Assembly: GCA_951406725.2 (NCBI GenBank)
Contig: OX597814.1
Location: 42,470,001-42,534,000, forward strand
DNA length: 64,000 bases
Reading direction: 5' to 3'
DNA from: Octopus vulgaris
Taxonomy: Eukaryota
Below, piece after piece: positions 12,791 through 26,205 of the stretch (its first letter is position 1; every line of letters begins with the position of its first letter). Below the pieces are notes generated by a model, which ran no database searches, was not told the origin of the DNA, and saw only the letters and a list, made by a program, of their open reading frames with translations. The position numbers and the translations under genes were made by a program.

Positions 12791-14147
12791 AACATATCCA
12801 AATCTATGTTTTATCGGTTAATTATGTTAATACTCTTAAATGAATTATTTCAATATGTTCTTTTTTTTTGTATTATATTTGTTTCAAACAAACCTTTCTA
12901 CCGGAAAACTCAGTTGCTAAGAATAGCATTTTCATATAGTGAATATTTTGAAACAATTTGTTATGTAACACAGCAACCCTAAATGGATAGAACACTAGTA
13001 AATATTCGTATAATGATTTTTCATATAAGAAATAGTATGTAAGATCCTGAAAGTAGTTCCCTTTCGAAAATACTTTTAGCATATCAAAATTACAGTCCAA
13101 ATACTAAAATAAATATATTGTGATGGTGAAGTGAATTTGCAACCTGCACCATGGTCAATATCATATTCTAAAGTAAGAAGGACGCAAAGTTTCGAGACAT
13201 CAATCGCCACGAGTATATATAGATATCCAGCTATCTATGTTTTCTACAAAAATGTATGTATATATGTGTGTATGAATATATATATATATATATGCATATA
13301 TTAACTGACTAAATGAATAAGTATGAATTTATGAATTAAAGTTGAGAGAAAGTTGTTTTCGATATAAACGTTATTACTGTGTTCATACTACACAGTACTG
13401 GGATTGACAATGGTTAGAATTTATAACATTTTAAAGCTACAATCGCAAAATTTTTATCACGTGTAGATTAAGAAACTAGAGGAAGTGTGTATTAATTAAA
13501 ATATTATAGTGAATATAACGGTGATCATAGGCGAGGCATGTCACATGCATAAGAGTGTGGGCAACAGTTAACGTTTATAATCTCTTCCCGACAGCAAAAG
13601 AAGTAATAAATCCTAGGTTAAAGAATCTGTCATTGTTGAAAAGGAAAGGTCTCAATATTAACAAATAGATAGTATGAGAGTAATATATTACTGACTATAA
13701 CAGAGAAGTCATGCAATGAAAGCTGTCTTCTGATATAATTGGATATCAACTTGGATTTACAATTCTCAAGTTTTCACTTATTCAGAATTGAAATTCTGCA
13801 CATCATGTGATACCTTAGGGGATAAGTTAACATTAATCACCATACATTGTGTATATGAATTCCAAACTTATATATGTATGTATGTTTGTATGTATGTATA
13901 TATATATATATATATTTATATACATGCCTGTGTGTGTCAGAGAAGAGAGAGAATGCGGGATAGCATATGTGTGTGTTCAAAGATGGTAGAGAAAGAGTGA
14001 GAAATGAAAAGGAAGTTAGAGGATGATGGGGAGGAAAAGAATGATGGTGCAATAGATTGCTTATGACAGAATGTTATATTATTGCATTGTGTTGCGGTTT
14101 AAAATATATATTACCCACTGAAATATTTATAAATGGTGAATATGCGG

Positions 14148-14189
<42 letters not shown>

Positions 14190-15104
14190 GTCTACATGCG
14201 CAAGCATCCTCACTACAAAACTGTACTGGATTATACTCTCACAAACATACACATAATTTGCATACACTTAAACTTACGTATAGAACTAAACTATATATTT
14301 AATATAACTGATTATACTATTTGCATATTCTGATTCTGAATCACTAGAGTGATGTCGAAATGTATTTCAAAACGTTTAGCATAATTTCTGTGGGTAAATT
14401 ACGTTGACTCATAGCCAGTTAATTTTCATTAAAAGAAGTTACCGTTCAATGCAAACATAAGTGTGTGTATTTATGTATGTATGAATATATGCATGTATGT
14501 GTTTGTGTGTATGTATGTATACATGCAGGTATATATGCATATATAGCTGATTATTTCAGTTTAATCGATACACTCCTACATACATCCAGGTGTATTAATA
14601 TACCACATGTTAATTCATCTATATCCACAAATGTAGATATAAATTTAATTTCAATATGAAACATATTTAACAGATGCCTACATAAATACGACAAAGTAAA
14701 ATGCTTTCAAATAGATGGTAATGACAATAGATTATAGCATGCTAGATAAGTATAAAGTGTTAAAACTTAATCTCATTCATGAAGTTTTCAGTCTATTGAC
14801 GGCCGAATTGTTATATAACAGTCAAAATACAATCATCAAAGTATATAGAAGATATGTAATTGTTAGCAATTTTAAGAGGTGAAACTATTTTAACACTAAA
14901 CATTTTGAAAGATAATTAATTTGAATCATACATTTGTCACTGAACCGGATATGGACGATGTCAAAACAATTTATACTACATAGTAATAAAAACTCAGCAT
15001 CCATCGCTATTACGTTCGTAGAGTCAAGTTCGAGACATACACACATGCATACATACATACATGGACACATATATACATGCACACATGCAAAAGGCAAATA
15101 AACA

Positions 15105-15290
15105 GGGACGTAAAGACACCAGTATCGGTTGTCAAAAGTTCAGTTTCCATCTGCCAAGTCCACTCACAAGGCATTGGTCGGCCCGAGGCTATAGTAGAAG
15201 ACACTTGCTCAAGGTGCAACGCAATGGAAGTGAACCCGGAACCATGTGTTTAGTTAGCAAGCTATTTACCATGCAGCCACTCCTGCGCCT
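15105..15290 (-). mobile_element. tRNA-derived SINE family A, internally deleted
   Basis: Reverse-complement match to the head and middle of 15715-16120; the internal microsatellite is missing. Confidence 0.8.
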
Positions 15291-15714
15291 ATATTATCCA
15301 ACAAACCGTAAACAAATCCCCTTCTTACCGTCAATATGCATTCTTTTACACTGATCGGAATGGTTTCAGAATCTAAGCAACCAATCACATCCGCATTGTC
15401 ACTGAACATTTTCATTAAGATTATCTGATTAGGTATTCAAGACCTTATAAAGTATTTGCAAACAGTGGTGAATCTTTCAAAATATTTTGAGAAAATCAGA
15501 ATTTTCTCCTTAACAGAAACCAAGACATAAATCATTATGTCACAATTGCATTTGACAATTATTACCTATATTTTAACCAAATATCCTCGTAGGTAATTAT
15601 TCTGTATCCTACTTAATTTTTTGTCTAAAAATTAAGCCGAAACGAAACTTTTAATACACTTACACCATCCTAATGTCTTAATCTTTAAATATCGTTGATT
15701 TTTAATTATATTTA

Positions 15715-16120
15715 GGCGCAGGAGTGGCTGTGTGGTAAGTAGCTTGCTAACCAACCACATGGTTCCGGGTTCAGTCCCACTGCGTGACAACGTGGGCAAG
15801 TGTCTTCTGCTATAGCCCCGGGCCGACCAATGCCTTGTGAGTGGATTTGGTAGACGGAAACTGAAAGAAGCCTGTCGTATATATGTACATATATATATAT
15901 AAGTGTGTTTGTATATGTTTGTGTGTCTGTGTTTGTCCCCCTAGCATTGCTTGACAACCGATGCTGGTGTGTTTACGTCCCCGTCACTTAGCGGTTCGGC
16001 AAAAGAGACCGATAGAATAAGTACTGGGCTTACAAAGAATAAGTCCCGGGGTCGATTTGCTCGACTAAAGGCGGTGCTCCAGCATGGCCGCAGTCAAATG
16101 GCTGAAAAAAGTAAAAGAGA
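15715..16120 (+). mobile_element. tRNA-derived SINE family A, full length
   Basis: A box TGGCTGTGTGG, B box GGTTCAGTCCC, internal TA/TG microsatellite, GTAAAAGA tail; highly similar to 61372-61808. Confidence 0.9.
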
Positions 16121-16533
16121 GAGAGCTATATATCATTTGTAGGTTAGCCCTCAACCCACTAGACTTTATGTTTTACCTTTTATTAAATATATTTCCACTT
16201 TTTCAAATATTTTTCCTCTTGTTCTTTATTATTTGGTCATTTGTAATTTTTTCATGTCTCCTGATCGGTATAGATTCCATACTCTTTGATGCTGATACAG
16301 TGTTTAGTCTACGAGAAGCTCGCAGTAACTTGCTTAAGAGAGTGAGCCTAAATAGTTGCTTTCTTTCATAATTTTTAATGAACTCAGCAGGATATTCTGC
16401 CTCAACAAGTCTGATTCTTTTAAAGGATCTGTACTCCTCCCTCTTCTTAATTCTTTCTTTCTGTTTTACTCCCTCTCCCTCACTTTACAAACATTTTATC
16501 ACTCTAGATCCCAACACATTTCTTAATATGTTT

Positions 16534-16673
16534 AAACAAAAGACGAAGGCAGGTGGTGTGCAAACAAACAGATGTAGTAGTATAGCGCTCAGGAATAGAA
16601 AAAGTCTTTTACGTTTCGAGCCTACGCTCTTCTAGGGAAAGGTACACAGAAAATACAAGGAGAGAAACAATGA
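16534..16673 (-). mobile_element. Second copy of the 11701 repeat, degenerate HHR core
   Basis: Minus 16606-16641: CTTT-CCCTAGA-A-GAGC-gtag-GCTC-GAAAC-GT-A-AAAG. Confidence 0.7.
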
Positions 16674-17016
16674 GTCCTCCCCTTTCTTCCATTTCTTGTA
16701 GACTTTTCCAGCCACTATAATACTGTTGTACTGCTACATTTATCATAAACTACCATTCCTTACTTCTGACGCAAAAAACAACTTCAAAGCCTATCTTGAT
16801 TTCATAGTCGTGTCATGCTTATATGTGCTCATTGTTTGCTTTACTTTTTTTCTGCTTCTTTGATGCGTATTACTACATCAGTTTTCACACCCTTTCCCGT
16901 CATAACTTTTATTCTCTTTAGCAGTCGCTGACTTTTTAAAAAAGCAAAAGAACTATTTAGGAGAAATTTCGCTTCAGTTGCTATAATTTGGGTTAGATTT
17001 TATACATATATATATA

Positions 17017-17088
<72 letters not shown>

Positions 17089-17329
17089 CGTATGTGTATA
17101 AAGAGAGAGAGAGAGAGAAATATATACATATATATATAGATATATACACATATATATATATATATATATACATAAATACGTACATATATAAATACGTACA
17201 TATATATGTGTGTGTGTGTGTGGGAATGTGTTTTGCTTTTTGAATATGATATAACGTCATCCGCGTTTGTCCATCTATTATCTTTGTACATACATATATG
17301 ATATAATGCATACACGGTAAGAAGACGCT

Positions 17330-17650
17330 ATTATGTGTGTGCAAAAAGTGGTGCGCTTCTCAACCACGTGCTTCAAGGATCAGTCCCACTACGTGGCGTA
17401 TTAGGCAAGTGCCTTCCACTATCACCTTAGGCTGACCAAGTCGTTCTAAATGGATTTCTTAGTAAGGAACTGAAAGAAGCCCATCATGTGTGTGTGTCTC
17501 TGTGTGTGCTTTTGTGCATGTGTGTGTACGTGTGTGTATGTGTGTGTGTATACGTGCGTGCATGCGTCTATCTTTCTGTGAATGTTTGTCTTCAATCACG
17601 ATTTGACAGTGCTTAAGGATGGCCGGAGTCCAACGACTGAAAGAAATACA
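17330..17650 (+). mobile_element. Diverged SINE family A copy
   Basis: CAGTCCCACTACGTGGC...GGCAAGTG...GGAACTGAAAGAAGCC followed by (TG)n, matching 15715. Confidence 0.7.
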
Positions 17651-17719
17651 AGAAAACATATACTTTTGTACATTCATTCTTTTATTGGAAGCCTAATAAT
17701 TATTCTATCGTGTCTTGTG

Positions 17720-17964
17720 ACGAACTGCTAAGTTACGGGGACGTAAACACACCAATATCGGTTGTCAGATTGTGACGAGGGAAATACACAGACACAAGTA
17801 CACACAATTATATATATACATATACTACAGGTTTCTTTCAATTTCCGTCACACACTTTGGTCGGTCTGAGGCTATAGTAGATAACACTTGCCCAAGGTGC
17901 CACACAGTATGACTGAACACACACCGATGTGGTTGGCAAGCAAGTACCTTACCACACAGCTACG

Positions 17965-17967
<3 letters not shown>
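17720..17967 (-). mobile_element. SINE family A copy
   Basis: Reverse-complement match to the family A head and middle (GGGGACGTAAACACACCA...GCTATAGTAG...CTTGCCCAAGGTGCCAC...CTTACCACACAGC). Further 3'-part fragments at about 18049-18075 (-) and 18268-18390 (+). Confidence 0.75.
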
Positions 17968-18023
<56 letters not shown>

Positions 18024-18071
18024 CATTCTTTTATTTCTTTCACTCATTCTGCGGCCATGCTGGAGTACCGC

Positions 18072-18148
<77 letters not shown>

Positions 18149-18840
18149 TGTATATAAAGCTATCTGAGCAAGTTTGCGAAGTGAAGGAATCTGAATGTAT
18201 ATATGTTCGTGTGTGTATGTGTGATTGTGTGTGTGTTTGTATGTGTATGTGTGCGCGCGTGCGTGTGGAGACTGATAGAAATAAGTACAAGGCTTTCAAA
18301 AATAAGAAGTGGAGGCAATTCGTTCGACTAAAATTGCTCAGGCCTATGCTCTATCATGGCCGTCGACTGACAAGTGAAAAAAAATAAAATATAAATGCTA
18401 TCTATATAACATTATCAATCGCACATGCAGAGTGTATGTGTCTTGCTTGTACGCTAGCTTGCTGCGGGAAAGCGTCCTCGGAAAGCTTCGTGCAGGACAC
18501 AGAAGCGTTGAAGAACATTGAATGCTTCAGACTCGGAGAGAACATGCTGAACATTCGAGGAAAGTCAGAGATACCGATATTTTGCTATTATTGTAGTTCC
18601 TTGGGAAGATATACCCGATACACCGCGAAACAAAATAAATCACGGGCCTGGAATATATATGGTAATAGTTTCAAGTCTATTTCCTGATGTACTATGACGT
18701 AGCGCATGTCAAACAATTAAGTTTCGAATTAAAAGCTGCTCGCATAAGGTAGATATTATATGGTCTTCCTGCAAGACCTGCCTATGGCATGCAGCTTAGT
18801 GATGAATATTTCAAAACTTAATGTGTGTTCAGTTATTTGT

Positions 18841-18879
<39 letters not shown>

Positions 18880-20658
18880 ATACCTGCTTTGTCAGAGTAT
18901 AAATGACTAGACTAAAATATTGAGATAGCAGTGATTTCGAATAATTTAAATATACATTTCTAATATGCATACTCAAAGTGTGAACTAATACTGTATTCAA
19001 GCAATAAGACGTTCTCTGAAGAACAAACACGCATACAACTTGACTGTATTCGAAATAATATAAAGCTGTAAGCCCTTCTTTTGTTGTACACCCTTGATTA
19101 TTAGAAAATCATTGTGGAAGAAGTAGTAACGTTGTGATACGAGTTTTTCTGAAACAATAAAAAACTGTACGAACATATTTTATTAAGTCGATGTAAAATT
19201 ATCAATATAAAAGTTCGAGTTAGTTTATCGATCGATCTGTAAAGGAAAACATTTAATTAATCATCGAATTTAAGTGGCACTGACTGGGTCATGAATCTGG
19301 ACATCAATACTCGGTATTTAGAACGTTTGTCGCTTAGGATTATCGATTATCATTCTTGACCCTGCTCAAGATCAAAAGGTGTCAAGCAAGACTGTTAAAA
19401 TGAGCTTCAATTTATTTCCTTTAAATCAGAGTAAAATAACGTGTTACGCATAAATTACATTCAGGCGAAATAGCTTTGTTTAAGGGAACAATATAAAAGC
19501 AAAGAAACATGTACTTTGAAATTATTCATATGCTTTCAAATCAGTCTGTGGTATAATGAGAATGGATATGTTAGCAGACTTGATTAACATCAACAGCTAT
19601 ACATGTGGGTATTTCGACTGACTGGCTTCACGTAACAATATTGGAATTGATTACATTAAACTTTACAGGATTAATAATAATTTTCTGAAAGAGTAGAATT
19701 ATAATTGAATCTGCTTAATGTGAGTGAATATTAAAAGAAACCACCAGCAACGATGTATGAATTAATGTCAGACATGTCGGCCTAGTTAACAGAAATCTAT
19801 AATCTGCTCTCTTAAAAAATACACTATTACCATGGAATTGTGTGTAAAATATTTGATTTCACTAAAAACCATTGATGTGTATATGCCTACATTTTTTTTT
19901 CACTTAAAACAAATAATTAGTAGGGTCTACCAGCAATTTGAATATTAAAATGATATACTTAGTGTTTGTAGGAAAAAAAAATCTATACATGCTCTTAGCT
20001 ATATAAGTAGTGTAACGCAATAAAGAAATTGTCTCAATGAATATATTACGTTGTTTAAACTATTAAAATTCAAATGACCATTGCAAAATTCTACAAGTAA
20101 TTAGCATTCGATAGCATGTCATATTTTCTCAAAGAGACAATGAATTGCTGACAAGTAATAACAATACGTATGTATTAGATATGCCAAATACCCATCGATT
20201 TCATTATAATTCTATCTAAAATAATTAAATTAAATATTTTAAAAAATAGAAAATGTTATTGTAGAAGAAAACATGGCCTGATAGTTAAAATACACATTTA
20301 AGAATGATTAAATGTAACGCATTTATCCAAAATACCAATGATTACACTACGTTAATACAGCTACCACTTATATATACAGAGATAAAACAATGAAAGCAAA
20401 AAGTTACGATAGAGTTCATTGGTTAAACACAATATAATATTGTCATTTGTTTGTTGTACAACAAATGATGAAGCTCACACGCAAAAATCTGAAAGCGCAA
20501 TCATCTGCTGTAATATTTTGCCAATGTGCGACGAATTGTGTAATGAAAAAGCATCTTCATTCGCATTTATACTAAAACAGTGTCTTCTGAAAATGTTATT
20601 CCATTCTCTTATTTTGGCGTTGAGAAATACGTAATATGAAACATGCATAAAATGGAGC

Positions 20659-20828
20659 AAGCTGGCAGAATCTTTAGCACGTCAGAGAAATTGCATAGGT
20701 TCATTTCATATGCGTTCAAATTACGGTGAGGTCAATGAAATAAGTACCAGTCAATGATAGGGGTCGATGCAATCGATTTTTTCTCACCTTCTCCGAAACT
20801 TTAGGTCATGTGCCTGTGATAGAAAAGA
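20659..20828 (+). mobile_element. Diverged SINE family B copy
   Basis: AGCTGGCAGAATCTTTAGCACGTC...GTTCAAATT...GAGGTCAA...TAAGTACCAGT...GGGGTCGATGCAATCGA. Confidence 0.65.
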
Positions 20829-21111
20829 GGACTGTGAAACATGTACTAAGAATTGTTATGAAGAATACTTCAGCTTTACAAAAATATTAAAGATTAAACT
20901 GATGTGCGAGAATAGCAAACTAAATATAGAGATCCGCCGATTCTTATGTTTAGCATCTTATCAATAAATATCCAACTTATAGGCAATATTTGAATGCTTT
21001 GTGGAAAGAGTAGTCTGTCGTTTCAAACATAAAAATAAAGAACGGAATGAAACACAGATTCAAACACTACCATATCATGTATAATTAAACATCTCAAAAT
21101 GTACACACATG

Positions 21112-21157
<46 letters not shown>

Positions 21158-22093
21158 TGTATTTATACACAGACACGCCATGTGCTATGGTGATACAAAG
21201 CATTACATTCCCCATAAGTATCATGTAAGGCGTACATGATGCTACTTGTTGGTTGGTCTTTGTGATAGAGTTTGCGACAGGATTTTTATTACCATACTGC
21301 AATGACTTGAGGTCTTCATGTGTGTATCATGTTAGTTAATGTTTGTGCAGCATTTGAAATCGGTTTGTGAAGCACTTGGCGGAAATACTATTTGAAAATG
21401 CATACTAAAATAAAATAGAGGGTGATATCACAAGGTAGTGATATGCATAAACACAAACTTGTTATCAGTTTAAATATGTCTGAGTCACATTTGATGACGT
21501 AACTAAAATACTTTGTTCATGGAGTAAATCGGTGATCATGCATGGAGTCAGCTCACAGCCTCCCTAACCGATTAATTGGACGCATGCATTTCGGAGTGTT
21601 TATATCCCATCATCATCAGAGACACTGCCAACACATATGTACATATGTATATACTCACATACATATGCATATGAGTTATATTTTGTATTCGTATACACAT
21701 ATATTCAAATATATGCATACATGAACATGTCCTCTAATGTAGGTGTGAATGGTAGGGATTTTACAGGTACGTTATGATTAAGTAATTAAATATTAGCAAT
21801 TCCCAGCTGGTGGTAGACTTAAACAGCGAAGCTGTGTAACAGCCCCACTTAGCAATGTACTAGTCTTTAGGGGAGTGTACTCAGTTAAAAGCATTCAGGT
21901 CAAGCTTCCCCTTCGAGCAAAATTCCTCTTTCCCACCCAATGCAACTGGACCTGAACACTGCATTTTTGCCTGAATAAAAAAGTATATCTCTCTCAGTCA
22001 ACCTCTCTTTCTTTTGTTCTGCATGTTTGTCTCTCTCTCCCTTTCTCTCCCTGTATGCATATATATATATATATGTGTGTTTGTGTGCGTGTG

Positions 22094-22140
<47 letters not shown>

Positions 22141-22158
22141 AGAGAGAGAGAGAGAAAT

Positions 22159-22602
<444 letters not shown>

Positions 22603-23337
22603 ATGTCGTCCAGCTGGAGTGCAAGTATTCCTGAATAGGCGTGTCTGACTCATTGAGCTTCGTGAGCAGCAAGTATGCACTGGCACCTACATCTTTACAA
22701 AACTACGCTGTTACCGGTAAACTAATACCGTGACAGTGAAATCGCTAACGTCACAGCCACGTAATTATATATGATACAAGTAGTTTTGGGCGAACTAGCA
22801 TGCATCCTCGTGAACGAGCTCGTTCCATCGATCTTTATTCACCTACTGTAAATGTCTCCTGTAAAGTCGAGAAAATGTGAGTTCGAATTTTCCAGCTTCA
22901 AGTGTGAACATTCTTCTCCAGATCTTCCAGTAATAACACCTGCATACGTAACAAAATTTTCTTGAATGGCTTCGGCAAATTTGGTACAGCAGTAAAATCG
23001 AAGCAAGTCAGGTGTCGAAAATCTTAGATTCCATTCCTAACAAAATCGTCATATATCTGATAAACAATAAAATGCAGTCAAATTCAAAAGGTAAACCCAA
23101 AAGTTATAGTGAAAGAATAGAGCAACAGAAATCATAAAAGAGTACGATCAAATGTTTTTCTTTTAAATTCAAAAGACGTAGGAATTAAATGTACGAATTT
23201 ATCTGACAGCCCAATGTATGTACGCGTGCGTGATTGTTAAGCATATATACATACGCGCGCACACACACACACATATATATATATACATACATGCATACAC
23301 ACACATGCATACATATATGTATACATATATATATATG

Positions 23338-23400
<63 letters not shown>

Positions 23401-23405
<5 letters not shown>

Positions 23406-24165
23406 AACAATTAAGGATAACTTCTTAATAAGGAATCTTAACAAGAAATTATCAGGTAGTTAGCGTGAAAAACCTCGTAAGAGAAAAAAATTTCGAAATA
23501 ATGTTTTTCCTTTTGAAAATACTAATTTATATTGTATAGAGGGCATTATTACACATAAATGCCTCACACTAAGAGGGATATAAGTCATTACTACCAAAAT
23601 TTCACTAATCTTACCTAATGCAGTTTTCAAAGCAGGACATTTAAAAAATGATACGATTAGTGAAATATTGGTAGTAATGATTTATGTCCCTCTTAGTGTG
23701 AGGCATTTATGTGTAATAATGCCCTCTATACAATATAAATTAATATTTTCAAAAGGAAAAACATTATTTTCGAAATTTTTTTCTCTTACAAGGTTTTTCA
23801 CGCTAACTACCTCATAATTTCTTGTTAAGATTCCTTATTAAGAAGTTATCCTTAATTGTTAAATTTATTCCGAATAAATACTTTTCCTACTCGACATGCA
23901 GTTCGAGAAAGCCCGCCATTTACCGAATATATGATTTATAAACATTTCCATGAGCTTCGCCAGAGAGAGCAGTTCTACTGATGAACATAGACGTATTTGA
24001 CGCGTTAAGTGTGAAATCACAGGTGATATAGAACTAAATTCATTTTTTAAATGTCCTGCTTTGAAAACTGCATTAGGTACGATTAGTGAAATTTTGGTAG
24101 TAATGACTTATGTCCCTCTTAGTGTGAGGCATTTATGTGTAATAATACCCTCTATACAATACAAA

Positions 24166-24171
<6 letters not shown>
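23401..24171 (+). mobile_element. Retrozyme/Penelope pLTR-like element: inverted partial copy plus ~1.2 tandem units of a ~426-nt monomer
   Basis: 23652-23745 recurs at 24078-24171 (period 426 nt). 23401-23651 is an inverted copy of monomer sequence. Contains an intact HHR, has no credible ORF and is flanked by (TA)n. Confidence 0.8.
23971..24035 (+). ncRNA. Type I hammerhead ribozyme, intact
   Basis: AGTTCTA-CTGATGA-ACAT-(20 nt)-GTGT-GAA-ATCAC-ag-GTGAT-A-TAGAACT. Helix I 7 bp, all core nucleotides present, AUA triplet, predicted cut after 24028. Confidence 0.88.
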
Positions 24172-24224
<53 letters not shown>

Positions 24225-25785
24225 ATGCATAAAATATAAAAACATATATGCACACACTCACATACATATAAAAGTAAGTAGTCAGATAAAGCGAATCTAG
24301 ATATGTAGCTATGTAGACTGCTAGCAATAAAACAGTTATACTTTTACTTATTTTCAGTTTCGAGTCAAAGATTGAAGTAAAATAAAATACTTCGATTTAT
24401 GAAGAGATTCAGAAATATTCGAAGTTATCACTGAACTGAATTTTTATTATCAAGTTACTACCTTAATTCTATTAGAGTAAATCCATCTATAAAGAATCTG
24501 TGTATATCTCGACACAAGACCGAAAGAATAATAATATCTTTAAACGTACTGTTTGGTGGTGGCAAGATCAACAAAGTCGTTCGTTATGTTATGTGAGCAG
24601 TGCCTGATGATTTTGCTTGGATACCAGTCTAGAAACATATTAGTGTATGTTTGTCCAAAAAGATGAAGAATGCAGATTCTAGGATTCGTAAGTGAAAACT
24701 AACTATGTCTTCCACTCTGAAAGTCAGCTTCATTCAATTTGGAATTTAAACGTTACAGTTATTTTATTCTTAGAAAAAATCCATATAATGGTAATTCGAT
24801 TTGCAAATGTTAATTAGAAAGGAAATACTAGGATAATGTGAATACTTCGGTGTCTGAAGATGAAACAAAACAATAGGTAGAAGAAAAAGAAATAAAAATT
24901 ATTAGATGAATATACGCAAAAATTATTTATAAACGAAATAGTTCTTGCAGCTCTAATATGTACTTTGATGCTTACACATTCAAATGTTGTCAGTTAGATC
25001 TTAATAAAATACCGCGAAGTAAATTTCAAGAAAATGTGTGTGGTATCACTATGTAGGTGATCAGATGAATCCATGAGTCTGTCAGAATAAAGGCTTGATA
25101 CATATGAACGCTTGTGCATACATGTATGCATCACGCACATGTAAATACAAATAGATTCGCATATGTAACGACATATATATAATCTGCATATGTGAATGCC
25201 AGCGAGTGAATGTATCAGTCCGTGTGTCCGTGATATGTGCGTGTGAATAATACATATATTCCAGAGCCCAATCGCATACACACGTGAATATACACATGCG
25301 TACACACACATACGCACACACATACACGCACACAAACAGACATCCTAATGTTGACTTATTTCACTACACGTATGTCTTTTATACTTTTGAGAGTGACGTT
25401 TTCACCCTGAAAACGTCCTATTTTCAGTCACTGTGTGATGAATTCTGCTATAATTGCAAATTTGAACATTTAGGATATATTAGATTTACATGTTAGCATA
25501 TTATTTTCAGATAGTTGATTAGTAAATTACTTTCATATATATTTTATGTCGTAATAAAAACTGAACTAGTAGCAAAACCACTATATAGTCCTAACTAAAC
25601 GCCAGCGTATTCATTTACTACATTATATTCTCCCAAAGACCACTTTTGCTATTTGCTTTAGCAAGAAATAAATAGACTAGAAACAATTCTGTTACATTTT
25701 ATCAGAACACTACCAGCTTATAGAAAGACCAAGCTTGTGCGACTGTTATTTTAACGGACTGCAGTACAGTTCAAACATTACGCGC

Positions 25786-25836
<51 letters not shown>

Positions 25837-25902
25837 ATGTGTGTGTGTGTATACATACATATATATATATATATACCGGAGTAAAACACATGCTTTATTT
25901 CT

Positions 25903-25956
25903 AGCAAAAACTGTCTGATGAACGGCAACGAGAAACTCAGAGTAACAGATTTTGTT
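25903..25956 (+). ncRNA. Minimal type I hammerhead ribozyme, intact
   Basis: agcaaaaaCTGT-CTGATGA-aCG-GCAA-CGa-GAA-ACTC-a-GAGT-A-ACAGattttgtt. GUA triplet, predicted cut after 25944. Lies in a ~110-bp island (25875-25982) between (TA)n tracts. Confidence 0.82.
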
Positions 25957-25980
25957 GAATTTTCTGCTGCTTAAAATAAA

Positions 25981-26024
<44 letters not shown>

Positions 26025-26127
26025 GTATATATATATATATATATATATATACATAATATATTTCCCTGTGTATATATATATATATATATAAAATTGATCA
26101 AAATAAAAACATGATGCGAAGGATTCA

Positions 26128-26205
26128 GCGGTACATATGTTTTGGGCCTTTATTAGACAGATTTATAACAATGCATAATGTATGTCTGTGGCCTTCTTCA
26201 GCCGC
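26128..26205 (-). ncRNA. Type I hammerhead with G12>A change and long helix II insertion
   Basis: Minus strand: GCGG-CTGAAGA-aGGCC-(42 nt)-GGCCc-[A]AA-ACATATGT-A-CCGC, with a palindromic helix III. Confidence 0.68.
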
